NCBI GenBank assembly: GCA_038870635.1
Contig: JAVZJR010000004.1
Location: 1 to 64,000, forward strand
DNA from: Candidatus Bilamarchaeaceae archaeon
Lineage (GTDB): Archaea; Micrarchaeota; Micrarchaeia; Anstonellales; Bilamarchaeaceae
Direction of reading: 5' to 3'
DNA length: 64,000 nt
The notes beneath the pieces were generated by a model. It did no database searches, was not told the DNA's origin, and saw nothing but the letters and a program-made list of their open reading frames with translations. A program made the position numbers and the translations under genes. Numbering within the stretch: the stretch's first letter is position 1; every line of letters begins with the position of its first letter. Positions 9,967 to 20,400 of the stretch are shown in pieces.

Positions 9967-10890
9967 TCACTTAAAATATATCCCTGTTGATGGTAACTTT
10001 TCGCTTAAGCCATGGATAAAAGATGTTGCTCCAAACAATGGATTACTTTCTGTCCTTGCCTCTATCTTACATATTCTTATGTCTTCTGGTTTTTTATTTT
10101 TTATTCCGCCGAGCTCTGCAGCCTTGATTATTGCATCTCTTTTTCCTCCTATGGCGTCAACTAAACCCAATTCCTTTGCTTGTTTTCCTGTAACTATCCT
10201 GCCATCAAATATTTCATCTGCTCGCGCCATATTTATTTTACCTTTTCTGTTTTCAATTACAACTTTTTTGAAATCTTGGAAAACTTCATCTACAATTGCT
10301 TTCATTATACTTTGCTCTTCTTCACTCATCTCTCTAAAAGGAGAACCAATATCTTTGTGTTTTCCTGAAGTAACAGAGGTAGCATTTATTCCAATTTTTT
10401 CAAAAAGACCACTCATGCTTACTACAGTTGCAATAACACCAATGCTTCCAGTTAATGCGTAAGGTTCTGCCACTATATAATCCGCCGAAGTTGCTGCATA
10501 ATAAGCGCCAGAAGCTGCGACTTCTCTAAAGTAAGCTACTTTTGGTTTTTTTAAATCTTTCATTGAGTCATATACTTCCTTTGTTGCTACAGTGGAACCT
10601 CCCTCTGAATTAAAAACAAAAAGCACTGCTGCTACATCGTCTCTGGTGTTAAGTTCTCTTATTTTTGTTGCTATTTCCTCTGAGCTTGGATAGCCCTCAC
10701 TCATGAGAGTAGCCGGCATTCCATCCACTGTGAGGGGATACTCGATGTCAACTTCTGCCACACATTTCTCTTGAAAAAGAGAAGAGAAAGAATTTATTAT
10801 TATAAAACCTATTATTAAAAAAATAAAAATTAACGCTACTATTCCAAATGTTCCCAATATAAACTTTTGTTTATTTGAAACGCCGCTCAT
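9967..10890 (-). CDS. sppA: signal peptide peptidase SppA (S49)
   Basis: NSEGGS, AASGAYY, TGSIGV, GKHKDIG, DGRIVTGKQAKELGLVD; start trimmed to MSGVSN. Confidence 0.93.
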   Translation of the reverse strand: MSGVSNKQKFILGTFGIVALIFIFLIIGFIIINSFSSLFQEKCVAEVDIEYPLTVDGMPATLMSEGYPSSEEIATKIRELNTRDDVAAVLFVFNSEGGSTVATKEVYDSMKDLKKPKVAYFREVAASGAYYAATSADYIVAEPYALTGSIGVIATVVSMSGLFEKIGINATSVTSGKHKDIGSPFREMSEEEQSIMKAIVDEVFQDFKKVVIENRKGKINMARADEIFDGRIVTGKQAKELGLVDAIGGKRDAIIKAAELGGIKNKKPEDIRICKIEARTESNPLFGATSFIHGLSEKLPSTGIYFK

Positions 10891-10959
10891 GGCAAAGAAA
10901 TATAGGAATAGAAATATAAATATAACCATTAAGAAATATAGATACTTTTTAGATTTTAT

Positions 10960-11048
10960 GGGCCTGTAGCTCAGCTTGGTAGAGCGTCGGACTTTTATGT
11001 TCCTTCGAGGACATCCGCAGGCCAGGGGTTCAAATCCCCTCAGGCCCG
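10960..11048 (+). tRNA. tRNA-Lys(TTT) with 15-nt intron at 37/38 (intron 10998-11012)
   Basis: GGGCCTG/CAGGCCC acceptor stem, GCTC/GAGC D-stem, TCGGA-CTTTTA[intron]A-TCCGC, AGGGG-TTCAAAT-CCCCT; CTTT/GAGG central helix. Confidence 0.95.
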
Positions 11049-11420
11049 TTTTTAGTTATTCTTACTGTTTTCTTGGCTTCTTACTGTTTTCTCTGTATTT
11101 CTAATGTTTTCTATGTGCCGTTACTTCGGTTTTCATCGGTGCCGGCAGGGGTTTTTATGTTTTCTCCTATTTTCTTGGCTTCTTACGAAGCCTTTGACTT
11201 CTGTGTTACAAGGGCAAAGGCTTACGCTCACCCAAACCCTGAGTTATTCTACCGGTTATTTTTATTTTTTTACGAAGCCTTTGACTTCTGTGTTATAATT
11301 GTGTAAACGTCTATACGTTTACAGCTCGATAGCATAGCATAGCTATCGATGGCAAAGGCTTACGCTCACCCAAACCCTGAGGTATTCTACCGGTTATTTT
11401 TTACGAATCTTTGCCTCTAT
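11049..11420 (+). repeat. tRNA-linked structured repeat element, copy B: leader + unit 1 (11183-11269, 87 bp) + unit 2 (11270-11400, with insert) + degenerate unit start at 11401
   Basis: Inverted near-identical copy of 1-260; each unit has AAGCCTTTG...CAAAGGCTT arms, CTCA-CCCAAACCC-TGAG, ACCGGT and a T-tract. Confidence 0.95.
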
Positions 11421-11425
11421 TTTTT

Positions 11426-11962
11426 TTAAATAAGTTCAAACTCAGCGAGTTTTGTGTAGATTGGACCATTTGGAGTAAGTTTACTTTCGAAAAGAACAAA
11501 TTTATCCACTTCAAAAGATCCAAAATTAATGTTTTTGTTTTCTTCTAAAAATTTTTTTAAATCGGTTTTTTTATTTACTCTTCCTATTGTTAAATGTGCG
11601 GAGAACTCGCGATCTTCTTTTTTCCCAATACCTGCTAAAACTTCATCTATTTTTTTTGCTACTTTTTTTAGTCCATCGCTTATAATCCCAACCCAAATAA
11701 CACGTATATAGTTTTCAGTTGGAAAAACTCCTACGCCTTCGATTTTACACTCAAATTTATTTTCCTTTATTTTATTTAATTTTTCTTTTATCTCCTCAAC
11801 ATTTTGTTCTGGTACTTCTCCGATAAATCTCAAAGTTATATGTAAATTTTTTTCATCAACTAATCTAATATCTTTATCTTTTAGTTGAGAAGAAAATTGA
11901 GAGATTTTTTTTCTTGTTAGTTGAGGAATTTCTACTGCTACAAATAATCTTTTCATTTCCAT
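11426..11962 (-). CDS. thpR: RNA 2',3'-cyclic phosphodiesterase (2H phosphoesterase, LigT/ThpR)
   Basis: RLFVAV, HITLRFIG, HLTIGR, FESKLTPNGPIY; start trimmed. Confidence 0.93.
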   Translation of the reverse strand: MEMKRLFVAVEIPQLTRKKISQFSSQLKDKDIRLVDEKNLHITLRFIGEVPEQNVEEIKEKLNKIKENKFECKIEGVGVFPTENYIRVIWVGIISDGLKKVAKKIDEVLAGIGKKEDREFSAHLTIGRVNKKTDLKKFLEENKNINFGSFEVDKFVLFESKLTPNGPIYTKLAEFELI

Positions 11963-11995
11963 AAATTTAAAAAGTTGCGATAGTAATTTAAACGT

Positions 11996-13249
11996 ATGAG
12001 CAAGTCTGCCGCACATTTAGAAAAAGAAATCTTCTTTATGCAAGAAGAGTCTATTTCACTTTTGTACTCTGCAAAATCATTGAAAGTAAGAGAGCAAAGC
12101 GAGCAAGTAGGATATGGTGTGCGTGTTTATGCAGGGAGCGGTCTTGGTTTTTCTTTTACAAATGAAGAAAAAAATTTGAAGAAAGCAATTGAAACAGCGG
12201 TAAGAACTTCCAAATACTCAAAAAGAGAAAATTTTTACTTTCCGCAGAAATCCAATTTTAAAAAAATAGAACTTTCTGATAAAAAAATAAAAGAAATCGA
12301 CGCCATCGAACTAAAAGATATTCTACAACAAATAAAAGAAGGAGCAGAAAAATATGGGGGCAATGCTCAGATTTTTTTAGATAAAACTATTTCTTTTGAG
12401 CGATTAGAGAACGATAATGGTTTTTTTGGTGAATATGAATCTACTGCGCTAAGTGTGAATATCGAAGTTATGGATGAGGACGGTTATGGTTTTTTCAGCA
12501 ATTCTTTTGGAAAATTAAATGATGTTAGGGATTTTTTTGAATTGGGGGGCGAAGCTGCAGAAATGGCAAGAAAAATGAAACACCCTAAAAAGCCAGAAAG
12601 TGGTTTGCATTTAGTTGTTTTTGAACCTGAAGCAGTCGCTTCTCTTATCGATATTTTGCTTCCATCATTTAATGGGGACCTTAAAAGGAGAAAGATAAGT
12701 TTTTTGCACGATAAAGAGAAAAAAAAGATATTCAGCGAAAAGTTATCGTTCTACAACGACCCTCTTATCCCTTACTCTCCTCTTTCTTCACCTTTTGATG
12801 GTGAAGGGGTAATTTCTCAAAAATCTGCCCTCATAAAAGAAGGCGTAGTTGAAAACTTTGCATACAATATTGAGACAGCATCGCTAGAAGGAATAAATAA
12901 GTGTGGTTTTGCGGTTCGTTCTTCTTATTCTGCACCACCTAATATTGGATTCTCAAACTTAGTAATTGAAAAAGGCGATTTAGAAGAATATATTCATCCT
13001 TCAATATCTGTTTTTTCTTTTCATGGCACACACACTGCAAATACTACCACTGGCGATTTTGGTTTGGAGGTTAATGTAGCCTTTGAAAATATCAACGGAG
13101 AGCAGCAGCCATTACGAGGTTTTATGATTACAGGAAACATATTTAATCTTTTTAGAGATATATATGGAATTGGAACTATTGTAAAAAATATCGGAGGGGT
13201 ATTCACACCGAGAATCGCCTTCGCTGATGTACAAATAGTCAGTTCTTAA
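11996..13249 (+). CDS. TldD/PmbA family protein (PmbA-like)
   Basis: GVRVY...LGFSFT, FDGEG, TGDFGL, ITGNIF motifs. Confidence 0.88.
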   Translation: MSKSAAHLEKEIFFMQEESISLLYSAKSLKVREQSEQVGYGVRVYAGSGLGFSFTNEEKNLKKAIETAVRTSKYSKRENFYFPQKSNFKKIELSDKKIKEIDAIELKDILQQIKEGAEKYGGNAQIFLDKTISFERLENDNGFFGEYESTALSVNIEVMDEDGYGFFSNSFGKLNDVRDFFELGGEAAEMARKMKHPKKPESGLHLVVFEPEAVASLIDILLPSFNGDLKRRKISFLHDKEKKKIFSEKLSFYNDPLIPYSPLSSPFDGEGVISQKSALIKEGVVENFAYNIETASLEGINKCGFAVRSSYSAPPNIGFSNLVIEKGDLEEYIHPSISVFSFHGTHTANTTTGDFGLEVNVAFENINGEQQPLRGFMITGNIFNLFRDIYGIGTIVKNIGGVFTPRIAFADVQIVSS

Positions 13250-13251
13250 AG

Positions 13252-15249
13252 ATGGTGAATAAAATGAGAATGCTTGATAAGATAAAAACAACTGCTGATG
13301 TTACGGTACCAGAAAAATTAATTGATCAAATTATAGGTCAAGACAAGGCAGTGGATATAGTAAAAAAAGCAGCAAAGCAAAAGAGAAATGTTCTTCTTAT
13401 TGGGCCCCCGGGTACTGGGAAGAGTATGCTTGCACAGGCCATGGCAGAGCTGTTGCCGGCAGAGGAATTGGAAGATATCCTCGTTTATCCGAATTTAAAC
13501 GATGAAAACCAACCGCTGATTAGAGTTGTTCCTACTTACCCATCATACGATTTTTTAAAAAAGAGAAAGGAGTTGCAGAAGTATTATTCGCCGGACGAAG
13601 TAAATAAAATGAAAAATTCACCTGATGGTAGATTAAAATTTGGTCCGGGCCTTGGAAGAAGAATTGTTTCTTATAAAGAGGAAAAAGAGGTTATATCAAA
13701 AGGCATCAACCCGATTTTCATAGTTCTTTTTTTGGCTGTTCTTTTTTATTTAGTTATCTTTGTTTTGAATATCCCAGAAAATGCAAAATGGTTTATAATA
13801 GCCGCAGTTCTTGGCCTTGGTTTCCTTTATGTAATATCTAATGCAGCCTCTGGTCTTGGAAAAAGATTAGGTCCTATAGAATCAAAGGAGCCCAAACTTA
13901 TAGTTGACAATACAGGAAGATATACTGCTCCTTTTGTGGATGCAACTGGTACCCGCGCCGGGGCTTTGTTAGGTGATGTTAAGCATGATCCGCTGCAATC
14001 AGGTGGTTTGGGTACACCTGCTCATCTAAGAGTAGAGGCAGGTGCAATTCATCGAGCTAATAAAGGTGTTCTTTTCATTGATGAGATTGCTTCGCTGAAA
14101 CTTAATTGGCAACAGGAGTTGCTCACTGCAATGCAGGAAAAGAAATATCCAATAACTGGTCAAAGCGAGTTAAGTTCTGGTGCATTAGTAAAAACTCAAC
14201 CAGTGCCATGCGATTTTGTTTTAGTTGCTGCCGGTAATCTTCCAGATATCCAAAGAATACACCCTGCACTTCGTTCGCGTATTAGAGGAGGAGGTTATGA
14301 GGTTTATGTAGAGGATAGTATGGCAGACACGCCAGAAAACGAAGATAAACTTGTCCAATTTGTTGCACAAGAAATAAAAAAAGACGGAAAGATTCCTCAT
14401 TTTGATCGCGAAGCAGTTAAAGAGATAATAGAAGAAGCAAGGAGAATGTCTGGTCGAAGGAAGAGATTCACTCTTAATCTTCGTGAGTTAGGTGGGTTAG
14501 TACGTGCAGCAGGCGATGTTGCAAAGGCAAAGGGTTTGTCTGTTGTGAGTAAAAAAGAAGTCATCGAAGCACGCGAAATCTTTCGCTCAGTTGAAAGCCA
14601 ACTTGCTTCAAAGATAATAGAAAGAAGAAAAGAGTACCAAATAGTAATGACTGAAGGGGCAGAAACAGGGCGAGTGAATGGTCTTGCCGTTCTTGGCGAT
14701 AGTCGAGCCGGTCTTCTTTTGCCAATGGTTGCCGAAGTTACTCCGCCAGCATCAAAAAGTGAGGGTAGGATAATAGCAACAGGTAAACTTGGTACAATCG
14801 CTAAAGAAGCTGTGGAAAATGTTTCTGCAATAATAAAAAAATATGTTGGCGCAGATATTTCAAAAAGAGATATACACATTCAATTTTTGCAAACGTATGA
14901 AGGAGTGGAAGGTGATAGTGCTTCTATTGCGACGGCAGTCGCAGTTGTTTCTGCTCTTACTGATATCCCAATTAGACAGGATTGTGCTATGACTGGTTCT
15001 TTGGATATCAGAGGGAATGTTCTTCCCGTAGGTGGCGTTACAGCAAAAGTAGAAGCTGCAATTGATAATGGAATAAAATGTGTTATTGTTCCACAATCAA
15101 ACGTGAATGATATATACCTCCCACAAGAAAAAGAAGGAAAAGTAAAAATAATACCAGTAAAGGATATCGTAGAAGTTTTAAAAGTTGTTCTAAAAGATTG
15201 TTCAGAGAAGAAAAAACTAATTGCAAAAATGAATGCTATGAAAAGATAA
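13252..15249 (+). CDS. lonB: archaeal ATP-dependent protease LonB
   Basis: [10 protein letters not shown] hairpin insert, [14 protein letters not shown] catalytic Ser, VGGVTAK catalytic Lys; no intein. Confidence 0.96.
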   Translation: MVNKMRMLDKIKTTADVTVPEKLIDQIIGQDKAVDIVKKAAKQKRNVLLIGPPGTGKSMLAQAMAELLPAEELEDILVYPNLNDENQPLIRVVPTYPSYDFLKKRKELQKYYSPDEVNKMKNSPDGRLKFGPGLGRRIVSYKEEKEVISKGINPIFIVLFLAVLFYLVIFVLNIPENAKWFIIAAVLGLGFLYVISNAASGLGKRLGPIESKEPKLIVDNTGRYTAPFVDATGTRAGALLGDVKHDPLQSGGLGTPAHLRVEAGAIHRANKGVLFIDEIASLKLNWQQELLTAMQEKKYPITGQSELSSGALVKTQPVPCDFVLVAAGNLPDIQRIHPALRSRIRGGGYEVYVEDSMADTPENEDKLVQFVAQEIKKDGKIPHFDREAVKEIIEEARRMSGRRKRFTLNLRELGGLVRAAGDVAKAKGLSVVSKKEVIEAREIFRSVESQLASKIIERRKEYQIVMTEGAETGRVNGLAVLGDSRAGLLLPMVAEVTPPASKSEGRIIATGKLGTIAKEAVENVSAIIKKYVGADISKRDIHIQFLQTYEGVEGDSASIATAVAVVSALTDIPIRQDCAMTGSLDIRGNVLPVGGVTAKVEAAIDNGIKCVIVPQSNVNDIYLPQEKEGKVKIIPVKDIVEVLKVVLKDCSEKKKLIAKMNAMKR

Positions 15250-15332
15250 TTTAGTTAATTTTTTTTATTTTTTTTGTTTTTAATTTATTTCATGAAAATA
15301 AATAAAATAAAACGACAATTGGAAAAAATGAA

Positions 15333-16244
15333 TTGATTGAAAAAAAAGCTACCAAATTTAAGAAATTCAAAAAAGTTTCAGAAAAAATAAGAGATAACAT
15401 TAAGAAAAAATTCTTGACTGGCACTCTTTATGTTTTAATATCTACTTCTGTATTTTTTTCTTTGCCGTCGTGTGGTGGAGAACCCGCGCCACAGCAAACA
15501 GTAAGTGATGTTGCCCACGATATTTCTTCTTTTAGGGACGGCGGTTATGTTGATGCTAATCCATCCGATACTGGTTCGCAATCCGTATGCAAAAACGAAG
15601 ATCTAAGCAAATATGTTGTGGAACCTTACAAGAAAGATTTCAAATTGGTGTGTGACAGTTGTAAATATGATTTTGGTCTTCTAGAGGATAGTGAGGGTAA
15701 TTTTGTAGAAGAAGAACTTCAGAGAAAAGGTACAGAATTTATTCGTTATGTCTGTTTGTTTGAATCACAAATCAGGATGGAGGAATTGTGTGCTGATGAA
15801 CGGCGTCCTCTTACGTATGTTATAGCTACAAACAAAATGCCAGAAAAAGAAAATGCAGTTAAACCACCAGAGGGCGTAAATAAAACCAATTCTATTGCAC
15901 ATTGGGAATTACCTATAGATGGAGACACTTTAGAGCCCACTCCTAATGGTTGTAGGTATTATTTTTGGGTAAGGTCTGGTACAGTTGATAATTATGTTCC
16001 ATCTTATTACACTTATAAAGATTTTTTCTGGGTAGCATGCCAAGCAGGCGCGATAGGTAAACTCGCACCTGATGCCTCTCCAAAAATTTATAGGTGTAGT
16101 CCGCCTTGTACAATAGTTATGAATGGGGTATATGGTGGCATGAGCTGTGCTGAGAAAATGTGTTGTGACTATTTTAAAAACGAGCAAAGGGTAAACGAAA
16201 TTTGTGAAGCCGTTCTTAGTGTAAAAGTAAACTGTGCGAAGTAA
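15333..16244 (+). CDS. hypothetical Cys-rich lipoprotein-like protein
   Basis: Basic N-terminal leader, hydrophobic stretch, LPSCGG lipobox-like Cys; many Cys. Confidence 0.7.
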   Translation: MIEKKATKFKKFKKVSEKIRDNIKKKFLTGTLYVLISTSVFFSLPSCGGEPAPQQTVSDVAHDISSFRDGGYVDANPSDTGSQSVCKNEDLSKYVVEPYKKDFKLVCDSCKYDFGLLEDSEGNFVEEELQRKGTEFIRYVCLFESQIRMEELCADERRPLTYVIATNKMPEKENAVKPPEGVNKTNSIAHWELPIDGDTLEPTPNGCRYYFWVRSGTVDNYVPSYYTYKDFFWVACQAGAIGKLAPDASPKIYRCSPPCTIVMNGVYGGMSCAEKMCCDYFKNEQRVNEICEAVLSVKVNCAK

Positions 16245-16320
16245 GTTTAGGCTTACTTTTTGCAGTTATGAAAGTACTGCCGAGCTATTCAAAACACCTA
16301 TTTATAAAAGAGTAAATTTG

Positions 16321-17334
16321 TTACCTTTCCATAATAAAGGCACGGTATAAAGGCGCAAAGAGTCTATACGTTCCTCTTTTTACTTTTATGACGTCCCCTC
16401 TTTCAACTAATCTCATGAGTATAGTTGCTGTTGGTCCTTCTTTCCAACCTAAAATTTTTGCCAATTCTGTAACGTTTATTTCTTCATAACGTGCTAGTTC
16501 TCTAAGTACTTTTTTTTCTGCCTCCGATGCGCTATAATATGTACTGCTAAACCACTCTTTGGCAAGAAGAGAGATAATGGCTAAGCGAGAAGAAATATAA
16601 TGCGCTTGTGTTATTATCTTATCTGTTTCTCGTGCGTTGTCATAAAGATACCATGTTATGAACTGAAGAAGTTTTGGGCAGCCGCCACTTTCTTTATAGA
16701 CTATTTTTATGCATTCTTCACCCATTTTTATTGTTGTTTTTGTCATTTTTTCTATATACTCTCTGTAATCATCTTCGCTAACTGGTTTTAATTCAATCAT
16801 GACGCTGCCGATAGGTGGTGAAATTCTTTTTAACGATGACATTACTACTCCGCACCCAGACACTGTGGCTATTGTTTCTTCTATATCTCTTAGCAACTCT
16901 TTGTAGTTTGTTATTTTATCAAAGTCTTTTATTATAATTAATAATGGTTTTTTTTCTATTTTTTCTTTTATATTTTTTATTATATTTTTTATATTTTCTT
17001 CCTCATCTGTTAGGATATTTTTTGTTATTCTTTTTTCAATTCCGTGTAGTCTTATAATTCCATCTATTTCTATTTTTATCTCTCTAATTAAATTTTTCTT
17101 ATTTTGAATTTTATCACCATTTATAAAACAGGTTAAAAATCCTTTTTTATTTGCGCTTTTTTGAATTAAATTTAATAATAGGCCCTTTCCCATGCCTCGT
17201 GGGCCATGTAACCATAAAGCCCAGCTTTGTTCTTTTTCTATTTGCTGTAAGAAGCTTTCAATTAGCTTTTGCTCTTCTTTTCTATTGATTATTGTTTCAG
17301 GGACTCCCCATGGTACGAAAGGGTTATTTTTCAT
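16321..17334 (-). CDS. archaeal AAA/STAND-like ATPase with C-terminal winged helix
   Basis: NPF..G....INR..E, GPRGMGKG Walker A, IIIKDFD Walker B variant, SGGCP, C-terminal HTH. Confidence 0.85.
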   Translation of the reverse strand: MKNNPFVPWGVPETIINRKEEQKLIESFLQQIEKEQSWALWLHGPRGMGKGLLLNLIQKSANKKGFLTCFINGDKIQNKKNLIREIKIEIDGIIRLHGIEKRITKNILTDEEENIKNIIKNIKEKIEKKPLLIIIKDFDKITNYKELLRDIEETIATVSGCGVVMSSLKRISPPIGSVMIELKPVSEDDYREYIEKMTKTTIKMGEECIKIVYKESGGCPKLLQFITWYLYDNARETDKIITQAHYISSRLAIISLLAKEWFSSTYYSASEAEKKVLRELARYEEINVTELAKILGWKEGPTATILMRLVERGDVIKVKRGTYRLFAPLYRAFIMER

Positions 17335-17439
17335 ATTATCACTACAAATATTGTAGTATTTGTAGTTTTAAATCTATCGAAAAACGTAATATTTATAAAT
17401 GGATAAAAATTCAATTTTATCAATACTTTGGGTGTTGAT

Positions 17440-20400
17440 ATGAAAAAGTTTTTTTATGTGCTGGGTTTGGTCGTTATTCTTCTTTTCACTATGACCACTT
17501 TATGTGTAGCTCAAACAACAGGCAATCAACCGACTGAAATAAGAACTGCTACTGGTTCTTTTTGGGTATCGCAAAGCGGAGAAAAAGGCAATAATATTAC
17601 CGTGGCAGTGATAGTGCCATTAGCTGATGTAGTTTCTGCTGAGCAGCAGAAAGAAGCAGACGAAATTCTTAAACAAGTTAGAGAGTATTGCGATAAACTT
17701 TCTTACCCATCAACATTTTACAACAATAAAGATGAATGTTTTGTTTTACAAGCACAGCAACAGTTAAGGTCTGCATCTATAAAATACACCTCAATTAAGA
17801 ATGCAAAAATAGGTTTTGCATATTATAATCCTGTTACTTCTTCATATCAACCGTTGGACACCTGCGGCGGAGCTTTAGGGATGCAAGCCAACACTGAAGT
17901 ATATGATTCTCAATATGACACAATATTATATCAGACTAGTTGTGTCGTTCCGGCAGAGGTATACCGTGGTATCAAAACCACAATACTTATATCATATTTA
18001 CAAAACGGCGAAGTAGTTGAATTGGTTTTGAACAATCAACCTCAAAAATATGCCGTCTATGTAGAACCAAGACAAGTTACCATATCTGATGTAAAAGTCA
18101 GTACTATAGACGCCATATATAATGCTATCACCCAAGGGATAAGTGGTGCAACACAACAGAATCCTGTTGCTTGTTTAGGTTTATTTTTAGTCTTAGGTTT
18201 GTTCCTTGCTTCTATGTATTTCTCTGGTAGATCACCAATGTCCCTTCTTGACATAACTACTCCTCGTATGCCTTCTCCACCTGGGTTGGAAGCAGGTGGG
18301 CAAGTGGTTTTGCCATATGGTTATCAAGAACTTAAAAAAACCGCTATGCAAAAGTTAGGAGCAGGTGCAACTGCTTTAAGCGCGTCCATTTCTAGATTAG
18401 TTTCAACTGATAATAAAGTTGCTACAGAATGGAACAGGGTAAGAACAACGATAGATAAACTTAATCCTGACCCACAACAACGAGCTGTTATGGAAGCCTT
18501 GGCGGCGTCTGCGCTTGCAAATGGAAAAAAATATTCAGACATAAAACACCTTCTGAGTAAACTTCCAAAGAAATACGGTATGGATGAACACAAGACTGTG
18601 GCTCAAATTCTTGGTACGATGATACAACAAGGTGGCTCGCAAGCAGTCATGGCACAAACAATAAAAGATATGCTTCTTACTTTTAGAATGCTCGAAGGTA
18701 TGGGTCCACTTAGTGGTACTCCAAAAAGTAAAGTCGGCCAAAAAATAGTAACTGGATTAACAAATGTTGTAGGGCCGAATCGCTATAATATGGCGAGTAC
18801 AATGATTGTAGGTAGTATCGGGTCAATAGTGAGAACAGGCAGAACTGTTAGAAGCGTATCAAAAGAGATGGTAAAAACTGCACCAGAACTAGCAAGAGGG
18901 GTGGCAAGAAGCTTTATTGCATTATCACCAACAGGTATGGAGAGGTTGCGCAAAACTGCCGGAGAAGAAGGAATAAGTGGTGCAATAGCAAGACAAATAC
19001 TAAAAGAACCATCAAAAGGAATGGAAGTTGGAAAAAAGGTCGCGATAGACGAAAAAATGGAGAGGTACTACGAAAAGTTGCTTGAAGAATCAAAAATGAA
19101 CGTGCTTACCTATATACTTAAACAAGGTTATAAGGCCCTCGGGGTTAATTTTGCTTTAAGCGAGAAAGATATTCTTGAATTTGCATTAAAGGATATAGAT
19201 ATACTCGAAAAATGTGGTTACGCAAAAAATGCTGCAAAAATACAAATGATGGAAAAAGAGTTATTAGCGGCGCTTGCAGCAGCTAAAACAACTGACGAAA
19301 AAATAAATGCTGCGTTAAGTGTGGTGCAAAAATACGGTGCTGTAATAGACCAAGGAATGTTTAGATTTTTAGACAGACTTAATGCAATCGATAAAAGCAA
19401 AGAGGAAGGTTTTCTTAAATTTATAGCATTGCAGGAGTTTCTCCTTTATCATGAAAAGAGCATGAAAGCTTGTGGTGTTAATCAAACCAACAATGGGGAT
19501 AAGTTCTATGTCGTAGTTGGTCGTTCTTCGATAAATGGCAGCGATATTTGGGAAATCGCAGTATTAAGAACGATGCTATGGGACCACGCCAATGGTTATC
19601 TTAAAGGTGGTTTAAAAGAAGGTCTACAGCGTGCATGGCTTGACAGTGTTAATAGAATTATAGGTCTTAACCCAACTAGTAATTTGAACGAGCTCCCAGA
19701 GTTTATGAGAAATAAAGCAGAACTTGAAAAAATAGAGAGAAGGATTAGATCAACAATAGTTGACCTTATGACAGCAGAGGGAAGAGGAGCATTTATGAAG
19801 CAATACGGTAAACCTCCAGAACAAGCGTCTATAAAAGAGCTTTTAGGTATGTTATTCGGTAAGGGAAGATTGCCACCTGAAATGCAAAGACTTAAAGAAG
19901 ATCGTTTTGGAAGAAAGGTTTATTTTGGAGGCGATGAGATAGCTTTGGGTCCTGCCGCAGAATGGTTTAAAGTGGATATGAAAAGACACTGGGTTGGTCC
20001 ACTTGATCCAAGAGAGAACTTTGCGCTTGCTCAATGGGTCGAATCTTACTTTAGTAGAACATCTGAAGCTGCTTATAAAAGTTCTATAGAAGCTGAAATA
20101 GACAAGATGCCTGGTTCGAAAAATTGGAGCGTAACAGAAAGGCAAGCTGTAGCAAAAAAACTATGGGTAGTGGATCAAATAAAAATGGACTTTGAAAATA
20201 AATTCAATTCTCAGTTCTGCGTTGGTTATGATGCATATGGCAAGCTTTCAGAAAAGGCTGCATTCTATAATAATATTCTTTTGGGTTTCTATGAAAAAGC
20301 AATGAAAGATAGTGGGTTAGTAGAAAATCATCCTCACTTATTATTTCTAAAGAATATAGATATTTCTAACAGCGTTCATTTACATAAGTTTAGAACAGAA

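Noticed and set aside
346..10959. Integrated element or composite transposon between the two tRNAs
   Set aside because: The content is housekeeping genes; there is no integrase, transposase or duplicated tRNA 3' end (att site).
11073..11306. ORFs 11073-11306 and 11104-11298
   Set aside because: They lie entirely within the non-coding repeat; the repeated peptide text simply reflects the DNA repeat.
11183..11420. Repeat units as a CRISPR array
   Set aside because: The constant part is ~80 bp, three of the four visible loops are identical rather than unique spacers, and no cas genes are present in the window.
11426..11962. Functional link between thpR and the adjacent tRNA-Lys repeat array
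   Set aside because: The adjacency is convergent and seen at one copy only; there is no supporting evidence in the window.
5818..15249. Inteins in Cdc48 or LonB
   Set aside because: Lengths are normal and there are no intein C/S...HN motifs; the LonB insert is the usual TM hairpin.
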